A stretch of DNA of 64,000 nucleotides from Phaeosaccion multiseriatum. Taxonomy: Eukaryota; Protista; Ochrophyta, other classes. The notes under the pieces were generated by a model that was given only the letters and a program-made list of their open reading frames with translations, searched no databases and was not told the origin of the DNA. A program made the position numbers and the translations under genes. Positions 12,181 through 25,135 of this stretch are shown here, one piece after another (the first letter of the stretch is position 1; each line of letters begins with the position of its first letter). The stretch covers positions 2,046,001-2,110,000 of the forward strand of contig OZ218965.1 in NCBI GenBank assembly GCA_965112735.1, given 5' to 3'.

Positions 12181-14249
12181 CTAAGAGACCGCCTTCTTGC
12201 CCAGCAGGGGCAGCAGGACGGGCGTGCTGGATACCCAAGCTTGGTACTGCTTGTCGCCGCTGTACCGCTCCGCCTGGCGTTTCTCCAGGCTTTTGGTCGT
12301 CATCTTGATCACGGACAGAATCTGAGCAGGGCAGAGGGTGGCAGGGAGGCGAGCCTCCGGTCAGAAGCCAAGTGAGTCAGGATGTCGTGCCCCCCCCCCT
12401 ACCCGCTTACCTGTACAGTGCCCAGACAGGACAGCACCCAGCGCCACCAAACTGTGCCGTAGGCAGCGGCACCTGAGGGAGGAAGGGAGGGAGGGTGAGA
12501 GGTACGCACGAGAGGGAGGTACGCACAGGCGCGCGCAGCTAAGTTAGGGGGTGGGTAGAGGTTGGCACAAACACACACACACATACACACACACGCACAC
12601 GCGCACACACACACAATTGCTGAGACGCTCCCCAGCGAGAAGAGTGGAGTGGCCTCTGCGCGTCTCATTGCCCATCCCCGCCCCCTACATCGATCGATAG
12701 ATCCACTCAGCGGCGACAGCCCCCCTCCACACGCACCCGACAGCCACACTGCGATCCAGAACATGTCCTCCCCGAGGTAGTTAGGATGGCGGCAGAGAGA
12801 GAAGAGTCCATTCATGACGGGGCTCTGAGGGTCGGCCTTCTTGGCCACGCTCTTCTGCACATCTGCAGCTGTCTCCAGCAGCAGGCCGGCCTGTAAGGAG
12901 TAGGAGGCATATGTAGGAGGGTAACGGTGGGAGGCATGAGCGACCTAGGGGGGAGGGTATTGCATGGGTCGAGGGATCCACCGCGGGCGAGGGGGGGAGC
13001 CATGTTTGTTCCGCGGTTATCGAAGATTTGACCATTGTCCCGTGCTCTGCTCCACTAACGCACGCACGCACGCACGACGCACTCACCCACATGGCCACTA
13101 AGCTGTACTTGGTCACGTCTGAGACGAAACAGGACAGGACAGGGGCGGGTCACTCGGCCAGAGAGGATAGCAAGGGGGGGTGGACCCACTCAAGGGTGGG
13201 AAAGGGTGGGCCCATTCAAGGATGGATCCACTGATCCATTCAAGTTCAATTTGGTAAGCCCCAGTTCGCCGGCCCGTTTCAATCTCTAGCCCCCCTTCCT
13301 GGTACGGTGCTACCTAAACTACCTACGCTCATCTCCCTTCTCCTTCCCCCCTCGGTATTCGCCCCACTCTTAACCCACCATTCAGAACGGAGCACGCCTC
13401 CTCGGCATCGGGCAGGCCCCTGAGCGAGTAGATGCAGGGCACGAACAGTAAAGCATAAAGCCACGAGGCTATGCTCCAAAAGGCGAAGGGGGGGCCGCTC
13501 GATGTGGACGCACTGCAGCGACAAGCAGGGGCAAACAGGGGCAAGCAGGGGCAAGCAGCAGGAGGAAGGAGAGGGATGAGGTCTCTGCTCGTGTCTCGCA
13601 CTCGTCCAACTATGGGCCACGGGCGGGATGACGACTGTGAAGCTAGACTAGTGACGACTGGGAAGCTATGGTAGTGAGTCTAAGCGGGCTCTCACCGCTT
13701 GATCGCCGGTCTCTCCTGGAAAGACTGTTGCCTGTTCCGCCAGAGAAGGAACAAAAAGAGACGAACTCCGTAGGCGAGGACGCCGAGGGTGAGACACTTG
13801 CTCGTGTCGCTGAGCGAGTCTCTGAACATGTGCAAACCGAGGCCCGCCTGTGCCGCCATACTTAGGCCATAGCCGTATGACACCATATACTCCGTCTTGA
13901 TGAAGCCGATGCTGGAGATAAGATACGATAGCCCCAACCCTTTGAGGAAGAAGCTCCCTGGAATCATGGCCAAGACTTCCTGTCCTTGCTCAAGCAGCGG
14001 CTGCAGGACGGCCAGCACGGGGTTGTCTGCCGCCTCCGACCCCTCCGCCGCGACTCCTCCCCGCAGCGTCTTGGCGGCGAACAAAGACTTGTGCTTCAAC
14101 TTCTCGCCTACTCCCTCGTTCTTCGTCGCACCAAACGGTTGGAGACGGCTGTTGCCATGGGCCAGCACGGCGTGGCCACGAGGCACTGCTGCAGCTGCTG
14201 CTGCGGCGAAGAGAAGAAAGCATAGCGCGGAGAGATGTAAGCGGGCCAT
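12181..14249 (-). CDS. DUF1295 / steroid 5-alpha-reductase-like membrane protein, paralog A (6 exons, signal peptide)
   Basis: Motifs VSYGYG, YGVRL, LLETAADVQK, GLFSLCRHPNYLGE..FW, EKRQAERY...YQAWVSSTPVLLP. Exons approx 14249-13696, 13513-13380, 13118-13087, 12890-12737, 12472-12411, 12320-12181. Confidence 0.88.
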
Positions 14250-15044
14250 GATTTCTTTCTTTTGTGGATCTTGCTTCCTTCTTTGAGCGAATGTGCCTCA
14301 CAGGTAACAAATACTCACAGGACGGCGAATGCAGAACATGTGAACATCTACACTCACCTTGTACCTTTACGTCTCGCAGAGCCCCTTCCTATTTAGTTCC
14401 CTCCCTTCTCTCCCCCTCCCCTTCCTTCCTTCTTCCCCACCTGCTCCTGGTCCGGTGGGTCCTATTTTGGGGTATTTTTCTTAGGGTACTGTATATAGTT
14501 ACATATTGTTACGTAAGAGCTCTACACGGCGCGGTTCACGCTCACGCTGTGGCTTTACAGCCCAGTCCTCGAGTAAGTCAGTGGCTTTACAGCCCAGTCC
14601 GCGAGTAAGTCAGTGGGTTACGAGGCGACTCTCGCCTGTCCATCGCAAAGCCCCCCACCCCCGCCCCCCCCCAATCTAAAACTCAAAAAATCTAAAGCCC
14701 GAAAATGGATGAATAAATATCATACAGTCAAAAGTAAAAAAAGTGTCGAGGCGTGGGTGGGAGCTACAGCTGCTCGGGAACGACGTGACCATCCGCCCCC
14801 CCCTTCCTCCACCCTTGCAGTCCATCTCCTCCTTCCTGAGCACCGGCAGCACCCCCCCACCAGTCGACTCCACCGACCCCCAGTCGGCCTCCCTTCACCT
14901 CAGCAACAGCACCACTTCTGCTTAGCCTCGCTCACTTCGCTCCTCCTCAGCTCCCTCCATCTCAGCAACAGCATCACTTCTATGCAGCCTTGCTCACTTC
15001 GCTCCTCTCTCTCTCTCTCTCTCTCTCGCTCCCTTCGCTCCTCC

Positions 15045-16953
15045 TTAGCTCGGCGGAGGGCTCTTGCTGCCAAAGAAGGGGATGAAGCTTGGCGTACGGC
15101 TGATCCATTTGTCATATTGCTTGCTGCCCCCGTACTTGGCCGCCTGGCGCTTCTCGAGCCCGCCGGTGGCCATGGAGATGATGGAGAAGATCTGTACGGT
15201 GCCCAGTGCTGACAGCACCCACCGCCACCATACTGCCCCATAGGCGGCAGCGCCTGAGGAAGGGAGAGGGAGAGAGAGGCCAGTAGAGAGAGAGAGGGAG
15301 AGAGAGGCAAGTAGAGAGAGAGCGTCACAGCACAGTAGAGGCAAACTCAGCAGCAGAGACAAATGCCCCCCTCCCCCTCCCTGGAGCATGTGGAGGATGC
15401 GCATGATGCTCTCATCGCTCAACAAACTGCCCACACAAACATGAACATGAATATTCGCTTGTCGTCCTTGGCTCACAGCGGCCTGACATCACATCAAGCC
15501 CGTCCTCCCACCACCCTCCACACGCACCCGACAGCCAAACCCCACCCCAGAAGATATCCTCTCCGAGGTAGTTGGGGTGCCTGCAGAGACGAAACAGGCC
15601 GCTGGTTATGGGGCTTTTCGGATTCGTTCTCTTGAAGATGCTCTTCTGGTAATCGGAGATGGCTTCCAGCAGCAGGCCCAGCCACATGACGCCGACCCCG
15701 GCGGTGGACATTCCTAAGAATACGTACGACAAGCAGACAAGAGCAGTCAGAAGCAGCGGCCCATCCATGTAGGCCAGAACAACGCGCTCGCACACCGCAT
15801 TGAATACACCGCGGACGGCAAGCGGGTAAGTCGGTGCTCGCCCCAGGCAGGGAGGGAGTGGACAGAAGAGAGAAAGAGAGATAGAGGGATAGATACATCG
15901 ATAGATAGAAAGATAGAGAGATAAAGAAGACAGAGAAAGAGAGAGAGGGGAGAGAGAGAGAAAGAGAGAGAGAGAGGGAGCGAGATGCATCCACCCCACC
16001 CCAGCGCTCTCACCACACAGAATGGAGTTCTTTCCCCCTGCCCAGGCCGCGGGGGCCTGCTTCAAGGCGAAGAGGACGGGCAGGAAGAGTAAAGCGTACA
16101 GGCTGGACACCAAGGCCCAAAAGAAGAAGGGCAGGGGGGCACTGGGATCCTTCGGCTTGGACATCCTTTAGGCATCAAAGAGGGGCGAGCGTGGGTGGGC
16201 AGGGCGGGGTGGGGCAGGAGAGGGAATGTGAGACCTGCTTCGATCAGTGAATTGGCGCACCCGCCCCACCCCGTACCTGTTCTTCACTTCCTGAAAGGAA
16301 TCCTGCCGGTCTCTCCAGCCGCAGAAGATGGCCAAGCGCAAGCCGTATGCTAGTACCCCCAACGCCATAGTAAGACTCAGAGGGTGCAACGAGTCCTTAA
16401 ACAAGAACAGAGCGAGCCCGGCTTGTGCAGCCATGCTGAAGCCGTAGCCATAACTCACGAAATGCTCCCGGTTCACAAAGCCGTGGCTGGAGAGTACGAG
16501 GGAGAGCCCCAGTCCCTTCACAAAGAAGCTCCCTGGTATGCCCGCCAGCACGGCGAGTGCTCCGTCCAGGAGGACTTTTCCAATCTCGGCAGGAGCGAGA
16601 ATGCCCCCTCGGAGCGTCTGTGCAGCCCTCAGAGAAGAATGGGGCGTGTGCCGTTGGAGGGCGCGGCCTTTGGCTTTCCGCCCTGCTGCATTAGCTTTCC
16701 GCCCTGCAACGTTCTGTTGCTGACGGGTGAGGGCTTCTTCTTTCTCCCCCTGTACTCTGCTGCTGAATCTTCGGCTCTTCTGGCCACTACTTCTCCGCGC
16801 TGTGATGACTCCCGTTCGCCTGCCCTTGACGCTTCTGTACGTTTGGCCGGTGGCGTGCGGCATCAGCAGAGCTGTGGACGGCCCCACATTAAACACGAAG
16901 CTTTGTGCGACGCTGAGGATCAATAGGAGCAAGCATGAGCACAGGCGCACCAT
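15045..16953 (-). CDS. DUF1295 / steroid 5-alpha-reductase-like membrane protein, paralog B (4 exons, bipartite plastid-type presequence)
   Basis: MVRLCSCLLLLILSVAQS-FVF presequence; VSYGYG, LEAISDYQK, GLFRLCRHPNYLGE, EKRQAAKY...YDKWISRTPSFIP; clearly homologous to paralog A. Confidence 0.88.
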
Positions 16954-17146
16954 CGTGCCGCCTTGAACGCGATGGGATGGGGTTTTGGTTGCGGCCAGAT
17001 CCACGTCCGGATTTCGTAAGTCAACGAGACGTTACGGCGATAGGGAGAGGGAGAGGGAGAATATAGGAGCAGAAAAGCCGCAGCAACAGCGACTGAGGGT
17101 GGGATTCGAAAGAAGCGAGAGAGCGAGGAGATTAAGCTCGCCCGAG
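16954..17146. promoter_or_regulatory. Putative bidirectional promoter (DUF1295-B / LRRC61)
   Basis: Divergent ATGs only ~190 bp apart. Confidence 0.5.
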
Positions 17147-18701
17147 ATGGTGCTTCCACGGGCGACCGTCATCACCCCGGAGTTGATAAAGAAGAAGACG
17201 GGGGAGTATGACTTGGAAGTTGTCCAGTGGTTGGATCTTCGAAGCCTCGGGATCTCTGTCGTGCGAAATAGTCTTTCTCTCTGCTCCAACCTGGTGGAGC
17301 TTAATCTCAGCCACAACAAGGTAGGAAGAGAGCTGCTCTTCTTGTGTAAAGTTATCTCCCACCCTCTCTCTCATCCAGCCCCTCCTCTGCGCCTGCCTCG
17401 GTCTGTACACTTGCTCCCCGCAGCTGGAGAAGGTGGAAGGTCTGGACGCCTGCGTGGAGCTGGAGCGGCTATTTCTCGCCTCCAACCGTATCACCTCCAT
17501 GTGCGAGGGGTTGCGGACGCTTCAGAAGCTTGAGTTCCTGGACCTGAAGGACAATCTCATAGCCGATGTGGGACACGTTTCCGGCCTGTCCTCGGTGGGT
17601 ACTGGTATAATGTCTTTCTTCCACAACTCTATGAGCCATTTTCGACTCCCACAACCCTCCCATTGCCCCGTCTTCCTTTCCTGGCTTTCGCTGCCTCGCC
17701 CCTACCTCGTGCTTGTGCTAATTCTTCTCCTCCCCACTCCGCGCCACCCCTCGCTCTGCGCCCCCTATCCCCCCCGTCTCCTCTCCCCCCACCGCAGCTC
17801 GGGAGCCTCAAGACGCTCCACCTGCAGCAGTACGGAGGCGAGCAGGCCAACCCGGTGTGCAAGCACCCTTCCTACCACAGCATCACGACTCGGAAGCTGC
17901 CCCGCCTGGAGATCCTCGACGGAGAGAGTACCAACCTCCGCGACTGCATGGCGGGAGTGGTGCTCGAGCAGCTCGTTGCCGACCCCGAGGTCCTCAGGAC
18001 CCCCGAGCCCGAGCGCTGGTGCAAGGGCTTCGAGTGGGACTTGCCGCCCCTGGAGGACCGAGAGGCGGCCATTGATGACGCTGTGCATGCCGTGAGGGTG
18101 AGTGACTGAGTGAGGGGCGGAGGGAGAGAGGTAGAGACGGAGGGAGGGAGGGAGGGAGAAAGAAATCGATCCCAGACGTGCTACCGAAGCGTCTGCTATT
18201 GACCCCCGGCAGCAACAGATAGCTGGCCCATATGACCGTATCGCGCCGGCTGACGCCAGGGGCAGCAGGTAGCAGGTAGCGGGTAGCAGGTAGCAGGTAG
18301 CAGGTAGCAGGTAGCAGGTAGCAGGTAGCAGGTAACACATCAGGGGTCGAGAGGGAGGCTTCCGACACAGCCCCCCCCGCCCCTTGCCTCTTGCTTCGTC
18401 TGCTCTACCATCCAACACGGGAACGAACTGCACACGTCCTTCCCCATCCCTTCTTTACCTACTCATCCCACCACCAACGCACTACAAACACCCGCCATGT
18501 CTATCCTCTGCGGGGTGTCAGGACTTGCTACGGGAGTGCTCTGCCCTAGTGGACAGGGAGATGGCCGAGGCGTTGGGCGACAACTACGCGTGTGCCGAGG
18601 GGGTGCAGGAGGTGGTGGGAGGGGCCGAGGGAAAGGGGGGCGTGGGGAAGGCAGCGCCCAGGAGGAGGAGGCGCTCTTCTTCGAGGACGACGACGGATTG
18701 A
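17147..18701 (+). CDS. LRRC61: Leucine-rich repeat protein, LRRC61-like (4 exons)
   Basis: ITPELIKKKTGEYDLEVV N-terminus, LRRs, LRR-cap NPVCKHPSY...LPRLEILDGE and DLLREC helix resemble LRRC61. Exons 17147-17320, 17424-17594, 17798-18097, 18522-18701. The extreme C-terminus frame is uncertain because of a G-run near 18635. Confidence 0.8.
18262..18334. repeat. (GGTAGCA)n heptamer repeat, intronic
   Basis: About 10 copies in LRRC61 intron 3. Confidence 0.9.
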
Positions 18702-19889
18702 AAAAGTGGAGGTGTTTATTACTACGTAGTATAGTGTATGATCAATCGGAGCACACGCGGTGCAGCGCTAAGGGGCTTTCCATCACATCATTTTTAAAAA
18801 CGCTTCAACATGGCGTGGGGAACGGCACGCCCCCCTTTCAAAAAGAGCACAAAGGTGACGTAAGCTCACGTAAGCTCACGTAAGCTCATTCCCCCCCGAG
18901 CGTGCGCTTAAGCTGCTTGCCCTGCCCTTCTCCCTCGAAGCAGACGGACGGATGTCCCTGGAGCCCACGCAGGTAGGAGGGAGGTAAGAGGGAGGTAGAG
19001 CGCCCATAGTGTATCCCTTCCGAAGGAGAAGGCTGTGCAATGCTCCTCCCCTCGTCCTCACGCCGCCTCACCTCCACCCCTAAGCTTTGCTTCGCTTCGC
19101 TTCGAGTGCGGTGCACGCTCCGTGGATGGATGGGCTTGTCGCAGCCCCCTCTCACCTCCCTCCCGTGGTCCTCTTCTGGTGACCAAGAGAGGAAGATAAG
19201 ACGCAGGCGGGAGGGGCACACGAGACGCGACGCTCCTCTGTCGCCCATCAGCAGCTGCTGCCGGTGTGTGTGGCCTGTATACATGGGCGAAAAACACCAC
19301 CCCCCCCCCCCCATCCCCTCCCATGTGCTAGGCGGTGCTCCTGCTGGGCAACATTCCAAAGAAGATGCCCCTGATCATCGCCGGGGAGAGGAGGAGGACG
19401 GCGGCAAGCACGCCCCCTCCGTGCTGAGCGTCGCAGAGGACGAGAGGGGGGCAAAGAGGCAAAGAGGGGGAGGTGGTCTCCACACAGCCTTCTGCTGCAC
19501 GGGCGTGAATACGCTCGCACACAGGCTATGCGCGTGGAGCTTTCGGTCCAGCGATGTTTCCTTCCCTGCGGGGTATTTGCTCCGTCTCCTGCGGGCTATT
19601 TGCCCGTCTCCCCTCCCAGTTGTGCATCCGAGGTGATCCCCCCACCCCCCCGTTGGCCACAGCAACGCGCAGATGCACACGCGCGCCACAGCACATCAGA
19701 GCAGGGTACGGCAGAGCACAGCCTACTCCTTGGGCCGCTCACAGTCCTCCCTGCCCCCCCTGCGGCTTAAAGGCTGCATTCTGAGCGGGGGCTCATGTCT
19801 TGCAGCCTGTTCCGCCACTTCCAGCGCTAAGGAGCTCCTTCGGTGCTTGTAAAGCCGCACACACAATCCGTTGAGACAAAAGTCTGCCT

Positions 19890-20378
19890 CTACCTCTCCA
19901 GCCTCCTTCCCTGCGCCTGCTTGAACAGAGCGCGAGCAATGACGCCTGCCACCTTCTCGTAGGTCAGGAAGGTGAAGGCCGCCGTAAGCACGGTGTGGAG
20001 CAGCTTCGCCGTCACCCCCTGGAAAAGACCGGCCACGCCCCTCTCACGGAACGCTTCCACGAGGCAGCCCACCATACGCCTCCAGCATGCGACGAAGCTG
20101 TCCGCCTCGAGGGAGTGGCTACTCTGAGAAACCTGCCCTCCCTGCCCCTTGCCCCTCCCGTCGCTCTTCTTCATCTCTTCATTCTCCCCCCCGTCTCCCC
20201 CCTCCTCTTGCTCTCTGCTGGCCTGGGCCCTCAGCTTTGTCTGTGCAAGTTGGAGTGGGTACGTGGCGACGGTGGCTACTGCCTTGGCCGCGGCTCCCAG
20301 GAGGAAAGCCTCGTGACCGTGTAGGGTGCCATCCGCACTACGCGAGGACAGGATGGCCTGCAAGGAAAGGGGTGAGCG

Positions 20379-20413
<35 letters not shown>

Positions 20414-20707
20414 GCATGGAGGGAGGGAGCAGAGATAGACTGATAAGAGGGAAGACGTCGCAGGGCGGGAACGGATAAGAGGAAGAGGCGAGAATGATGA
20501 GAGAGCCCAACCTGGCGCTCTGACGGGGCAACACGTGTAGGCCCACAGAGGCCAGTGACAAAGGGGCAGGGCAAGTCACTCAGTGACTTCTCACTCACCC
20601 GCTTGATCCTCTCGTAGAAAACGAATTGGATGATCGGGTTTGACACCAGAAATAGGCTCGGCATCGTGCCTGTTCCACGCAGCGCCCAGATCAAGGCGCC
20701 AGCGACG

Positions 20708-20748
<41 letters not shown>

Positions 20749-21452
20749 CGAGCACAGTGGGTCAACATCAAACTCGCTGCAAATCCTCCCCCCAAAAACG
20801 CAAACACTGAGTCCTTTTGCCAACACCCCTTCTTGAGCCAACATCACGCACGCACGCACGCAAGCACGCACGCACCTGACCACAGGCCCGCTACCCCCTC
20901 TGCCCTGTACGTGTCAGACAGAGTGGAGAACAAGGCCCTCAGGCCACCGCTGCGCTTGGAGCCGCCAACAGCATCTTGCGGAGCGCCTCGACGCGTCTTG
21001 ATTCGCGTGTTGGCCACCCAAAGGGGGGTGGTCGCCAACACGTTGACCACACCCGCCACAAGCGAAACCACGGTACTCTCCAGTACGCTAATATGGACGG
21101 GCCCACTCCTGCTCCCAGGCAAAGAGAGGCCAAGCTTGTGCTTCTTGCTGAATAGGAAGAGGGCCTTGAGCCCACTGAAGAGGTAGAAGAAGACGAAGTT
21201 GCTAATGCCCATGGTAAAGAGCACGGGGGCCACTCCTCTGTACAGCGAACCTTTGCCATACTTGGTGTCCATCAAGCGAAGCAGCCCCCGCACTCCACGC
21301 TGCTTGCACTCCCTCGCCAGCTCGTCGTCCACCTGGAACAGCGTCCGGATCTGATCCAGCGGGAATAGCAGCCCCATAGAAACAATGCCGCCAACCGCCC
21401 CCGCCAATGCGTGAGCAAGGGGAGGGACAGTCGTGAGGGCGGACGATGCCAT
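19890..21452 (-). CDS. SLC25A17: Peroxisomal CoA/adenine nucleotide carrier PMP34 (mitochondrial carrier family), 3 exons
   Basis: HALAGAVGG...FPLD, SNFVFFY, AGVVNVLATTPLWVANTR, PSLFLVSNPIIQFVFYE, AKAVATVATYPLQ, KLLHTVLTAAF.FLTYEK: motifs typical of PMP34. Confidence 0.9.
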
Positions 21453-21856
21453 GGTGCCAGGCGGTACGGCACGCTCAGTCAAGAGGAATGAGCAGAAGGA
21501 GAAGCGAGGCTTCCACGCTCACGCTACCTCACACTGATACTACGCTACAGCTTCACAACGCAGCATGCATTGTGCCCTTTTACACCACTCTCTCCACAAC
21601 CTCGACCTCCTCGGCCGCTGAGCCTCTCCTTGACCACACCACTGCCTCCCTACCACACCCCCTTCCCTCCTCTCCCTCCGGGAGCAGAATATCCCAAGAA
21701 GGTAGTGTTAGGAGTGGAAGGGGGGAGGATGTAATAAGGGGAGGAGGGGAATTGTCCAGAGATGGCAGTCTACTTTTTTGAACCTACTTTCCCCTTCCTT
21801 TTCCTCTCTTTTCTCTTTTCTTCCCCTCTCCTTCCCCTTCTGCTGCAGATAGAGCG

Positions 21857-23068
21857 ATGAGGAGAAGCTCAGCAGCGACTGCGCAGAGTGCGATGGGTGC
21901 AAGCCCGGAGGATATCGAAATCGTCGACTTGAGCTCACCGAGAGGGGAGGAGGAACGGCAGGCTGTCTCTCTCATTAGCGAGCAGGCGGGGGGGAGCGGG
22001 GAGGATGGAGTCTCAGACATGTTTGCCGCCAGGACTGTTGACTCCACGACGGCAAACGATGAGGGGTGGCTGGCCTACTTTGGCCTGAAGACGGCGACGC
22101 ACCTTGTTGCAGACTCCAAAGGCGACGCGTATGACAATGGTGCGTGCTGCTACTGGTGATGCTTTGGAGTGGGCGAGGAAGCGAGGACGACAGCCTGTAT
22201 TAACACCACTCTGTCAATCGAGTGCATCGGTCCTCTCCCTTTTCTCTAAGTCTCCTATCTCTCCTCTTCTTCTCCCTCCCCTCCTCTCTCGGTCCCTCTC
22301 TGTCTCTCCATCACCCCCCGCCCTGCCCTCAGGCTGGAGGGCGGCCCGTGTCGCGGTGAACGGCCTCGGAGAGATGACTGTGACGGACTGTCGCAGAGGC
22401 ACCTCCTCCTTCCAGGCAGACTCTTCCGCCGAGAGCTGCACGATCCAGCTTAACCACAACAGTTGCGTCGGGGAGATGTTTCTGGTGAGTGACGCCTCGC
22501 CGTGCCGGGTGCTGCAGGAAGCGCCGCAGTCCGAGGGGGACCAAGAAAAACTTGGAGCCGCGTCAGGAGGTGAGAGAGAGCCGATCATGAGAGCCGATCA
22601 TGAGCCCCCGTGGAAGGGAGGGGGGCTCCGGAGCACGGCAGGCTCTCAAAGGCATGTTGTATTTTATTTTTCTGAAGTAAATTTCATTGAAATGAAGGAC
22701 CGGCAAGTCCCTCTGTGCAAAGGGTTTGTGTTTGTCCTCCCCCTCGCTCGGCCTGTGTGGGAGGAGAGCCTCCGTTCCGAGCTGCGCCTTCATTGTCATC
22801 ATTGACTCCTTCTAACGACGCCCCCTTACCCCCCCCCCCCTTCGCTGCTGCTGCTGGACCGCCGGCTTAAACCCTCTCTCTCTTACCCTCGCCAGATTGC
22901 TGGACGTACACTGTCTCTGAGGGGACGGAGCAGCGGAGAGTGGAGTTCAGAGCCGCCTTCGGACACCCCAGCAGAGAGGTGCTCGAGGCTCTGCACCGGA
23001 AGATGACGGAAGTAGTGCGCGCCAGGAAGAACGTGCTTTACAACTTGAAGATTAACTGCAAGAGGTAA
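21857..23068 (+). CDS. Uncharacterised protein, paralog A (possible PH-like domain), 3 exons
   Basis: Exons approx 21857-22139, 22333-22569, 22896-23068 (TAA) join in phase; homologous to the next gene (DMFAARTVD, DSKGDAYDNG|WRA, VGEMF, CWTYTV, FGHPSREVLE). Confidence 0.7.
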
Positions 23069-23772
23069 CGGTGCCAAATTAAAGAAGGGAGCGACAAGCC
23101 AATGCGTGTAAATAATAGGAAGAGAAACAGGGAGGGAGGGGCAAGGGAGAGGAGCAACCCTGGAGCCGTCGTGCAGCCAAGACGAGAAAGGCGCCGCGTA
23201 TGGCCGACGAGGTCCAGCTGGCGAAGCGATTCCGCAGGTACCATTCATGGCTCAGGAGGCTGGAGCGAGATTAGATAGATAGGAGGGAGGCAGCAGGCCT
23301 GCACTGCTTGAGGCCCTTCAGAAGGAGGCTGCGGTAGAGAGAGAGTGACAAGTTGGGGGCGGATAATGAACATCTCAAGGAGAACAGAAGGGCTGCTGCT
23401 GCTGCTGCTGCTGCTACTGCTCCCCCTTGATTAGCTACGCTTGATGCATAGGTTGAAGCGAATAGAGCAATTACATGTTCATGCTGAAGAGCCAGCCTCC
23501 CCAGCATCGAACGATATCTGCCGCCTCTCCGCTCACTCAAGCCAGACTCGCTGGCCTGTATCACCCATCCTTCCGCCCGCACTACAGTATTTTCGACCCC
23601 TGACGCACTGTCGCGATAGAGCGCCACAATGTATCATAGCAGATAGCGCGCACCTCTTACGAAGGGAGCCGCCGCTGACGAGTTGAAATTGTTTTTGCAA
23701 TACTTTTGTTCAACTTCACGTCAAAAAAAACTCGTCTATCTCTCTCTCTCTCTCTCTCTCTCCTCGACAACA

Positions 23773-24505
23773 ATGGCTGAAGAAACCTGGGCGGAGGGTG
23801 AGGACATCTTTGCGGCCCGCACTATCGATCCGAAGACGATCCGTGGATCCAAATCCATCCGCCGGTTCATACCTTTCCTAGGGCAAGGAGGACGCAACAT
23901 CAACAAAGACAGCAAAGGCGTGTCTTATGATGACGGTAAGAGCTCAACTCCGTCTTCAATCTCTCCCCTGCCTGTCGCGGGGCCTCTCTTGTTCCTCCTC
24001 TTCTGCTGCTTCTTGCCTCTTCCCTGCTGCTGCTGGATGAGTCTCAGAAACTGCAAGCTCTCCGCTCGTCGCTGTCATCACAGGGTGGAGAGCCGTAAAG
24101 GTCAAGATTTCCAGCTTGGCGCTAACGCTCACTGACTACGGCGAGAGATTTGTGGCGCATGGGGCGGCGGCGACTGGGGGTGCCGAGAAGAAGACTAGTA
24201 CCAGTGACTTGGTGGCGGAGACCGAGGCGAAGCCCGCCCCCCCCAGCGGGAGCCAGGATCCTGTTGGTGGAGCTGGTGGTGCTTCCAGCAGTGGCACCGT
24301 GGAGACCGAGGGCCAGCAGGCCGCCGAGGGCCAGCCGCCGCCTAGTGAGGAGGCCGCCTCTGCCCTCTCCGAGCAGACGACGAAGTCGCTGACAGTGGAG
24401 ACCCCGGCGGAAGGGCCGGACTCCTTCAAGATTGCGCTCGCGGCAGACTTCTGTGTCGGGGAGATCTTCGAAAGCGACAAACGAAGCAACGTCAAAGGCC
24501 TGAAG

Positions 24506-24536
<31 letters not shown>

Positions 24537-25135
24537 GTGTGTGTGCGTGTGTGCACTATACTATGCCTTGAAACTTGCTCTGCGAGCCTCCTCGTCTTCT
24601 TCTTACTAGCCGCCTTCTCTGCACCATCCTGTGTGGGCACTGATAGGTGCTCAACGAGGCGGCGGAGGGCAACGAGCATCTCCGGCACCGGATGGAAGAT
24701 GTCGACGAGCAGCACCAAGGGATGCTGTGGTGCTTCACCATCTGTGCTGACGACGGCAAGCTAAGGGATAAGGGCTTTTTCGCTCTCGAGGTGAGAACAA
24801 AGCGGCGTCGCGGGAGGGAGGGAGGGAGGGGGGGAGGGGAGGGGAGGGGACGGGACGGGAGGGGTGGAGGGGAGGGGAGGGGAGGGTTAAGAAAGGGGAA
24901 GAACTCATCCGGTAGCTAAGGCCTCGACCTCTCCCCGCTCTGCTGGCCTCTGTGCTCCCACCACTGCTCCTTTCGCTTTCTCCTTCGGCAGTGGAACACG
25001 ACAGAGAACCGTGTGGAGTTCGCGCACACCAACCGAAAGGCCCTCGAGAAACTTCGCAGAGCGTGCAACGAGGCCGTCAGAGAGAGGAAGCGAACGGCTT
25101 TCCAGCTCAAGCAGAACATGGCTGGAGCCAGTTAG
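23773..25135 (+). CDS. Uncharacterised protein, paralog B (possible PH-like domain), 4 exons
   Basis: Exons approx 23773-23935, 24084-24506, 24647-24790, 24992-25135 (TAG); DIFAARTID, DSKGVSYDDG|WRA, VGEIF, LWCFTI, FAHTNRKALE. Confidence 0.75.
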
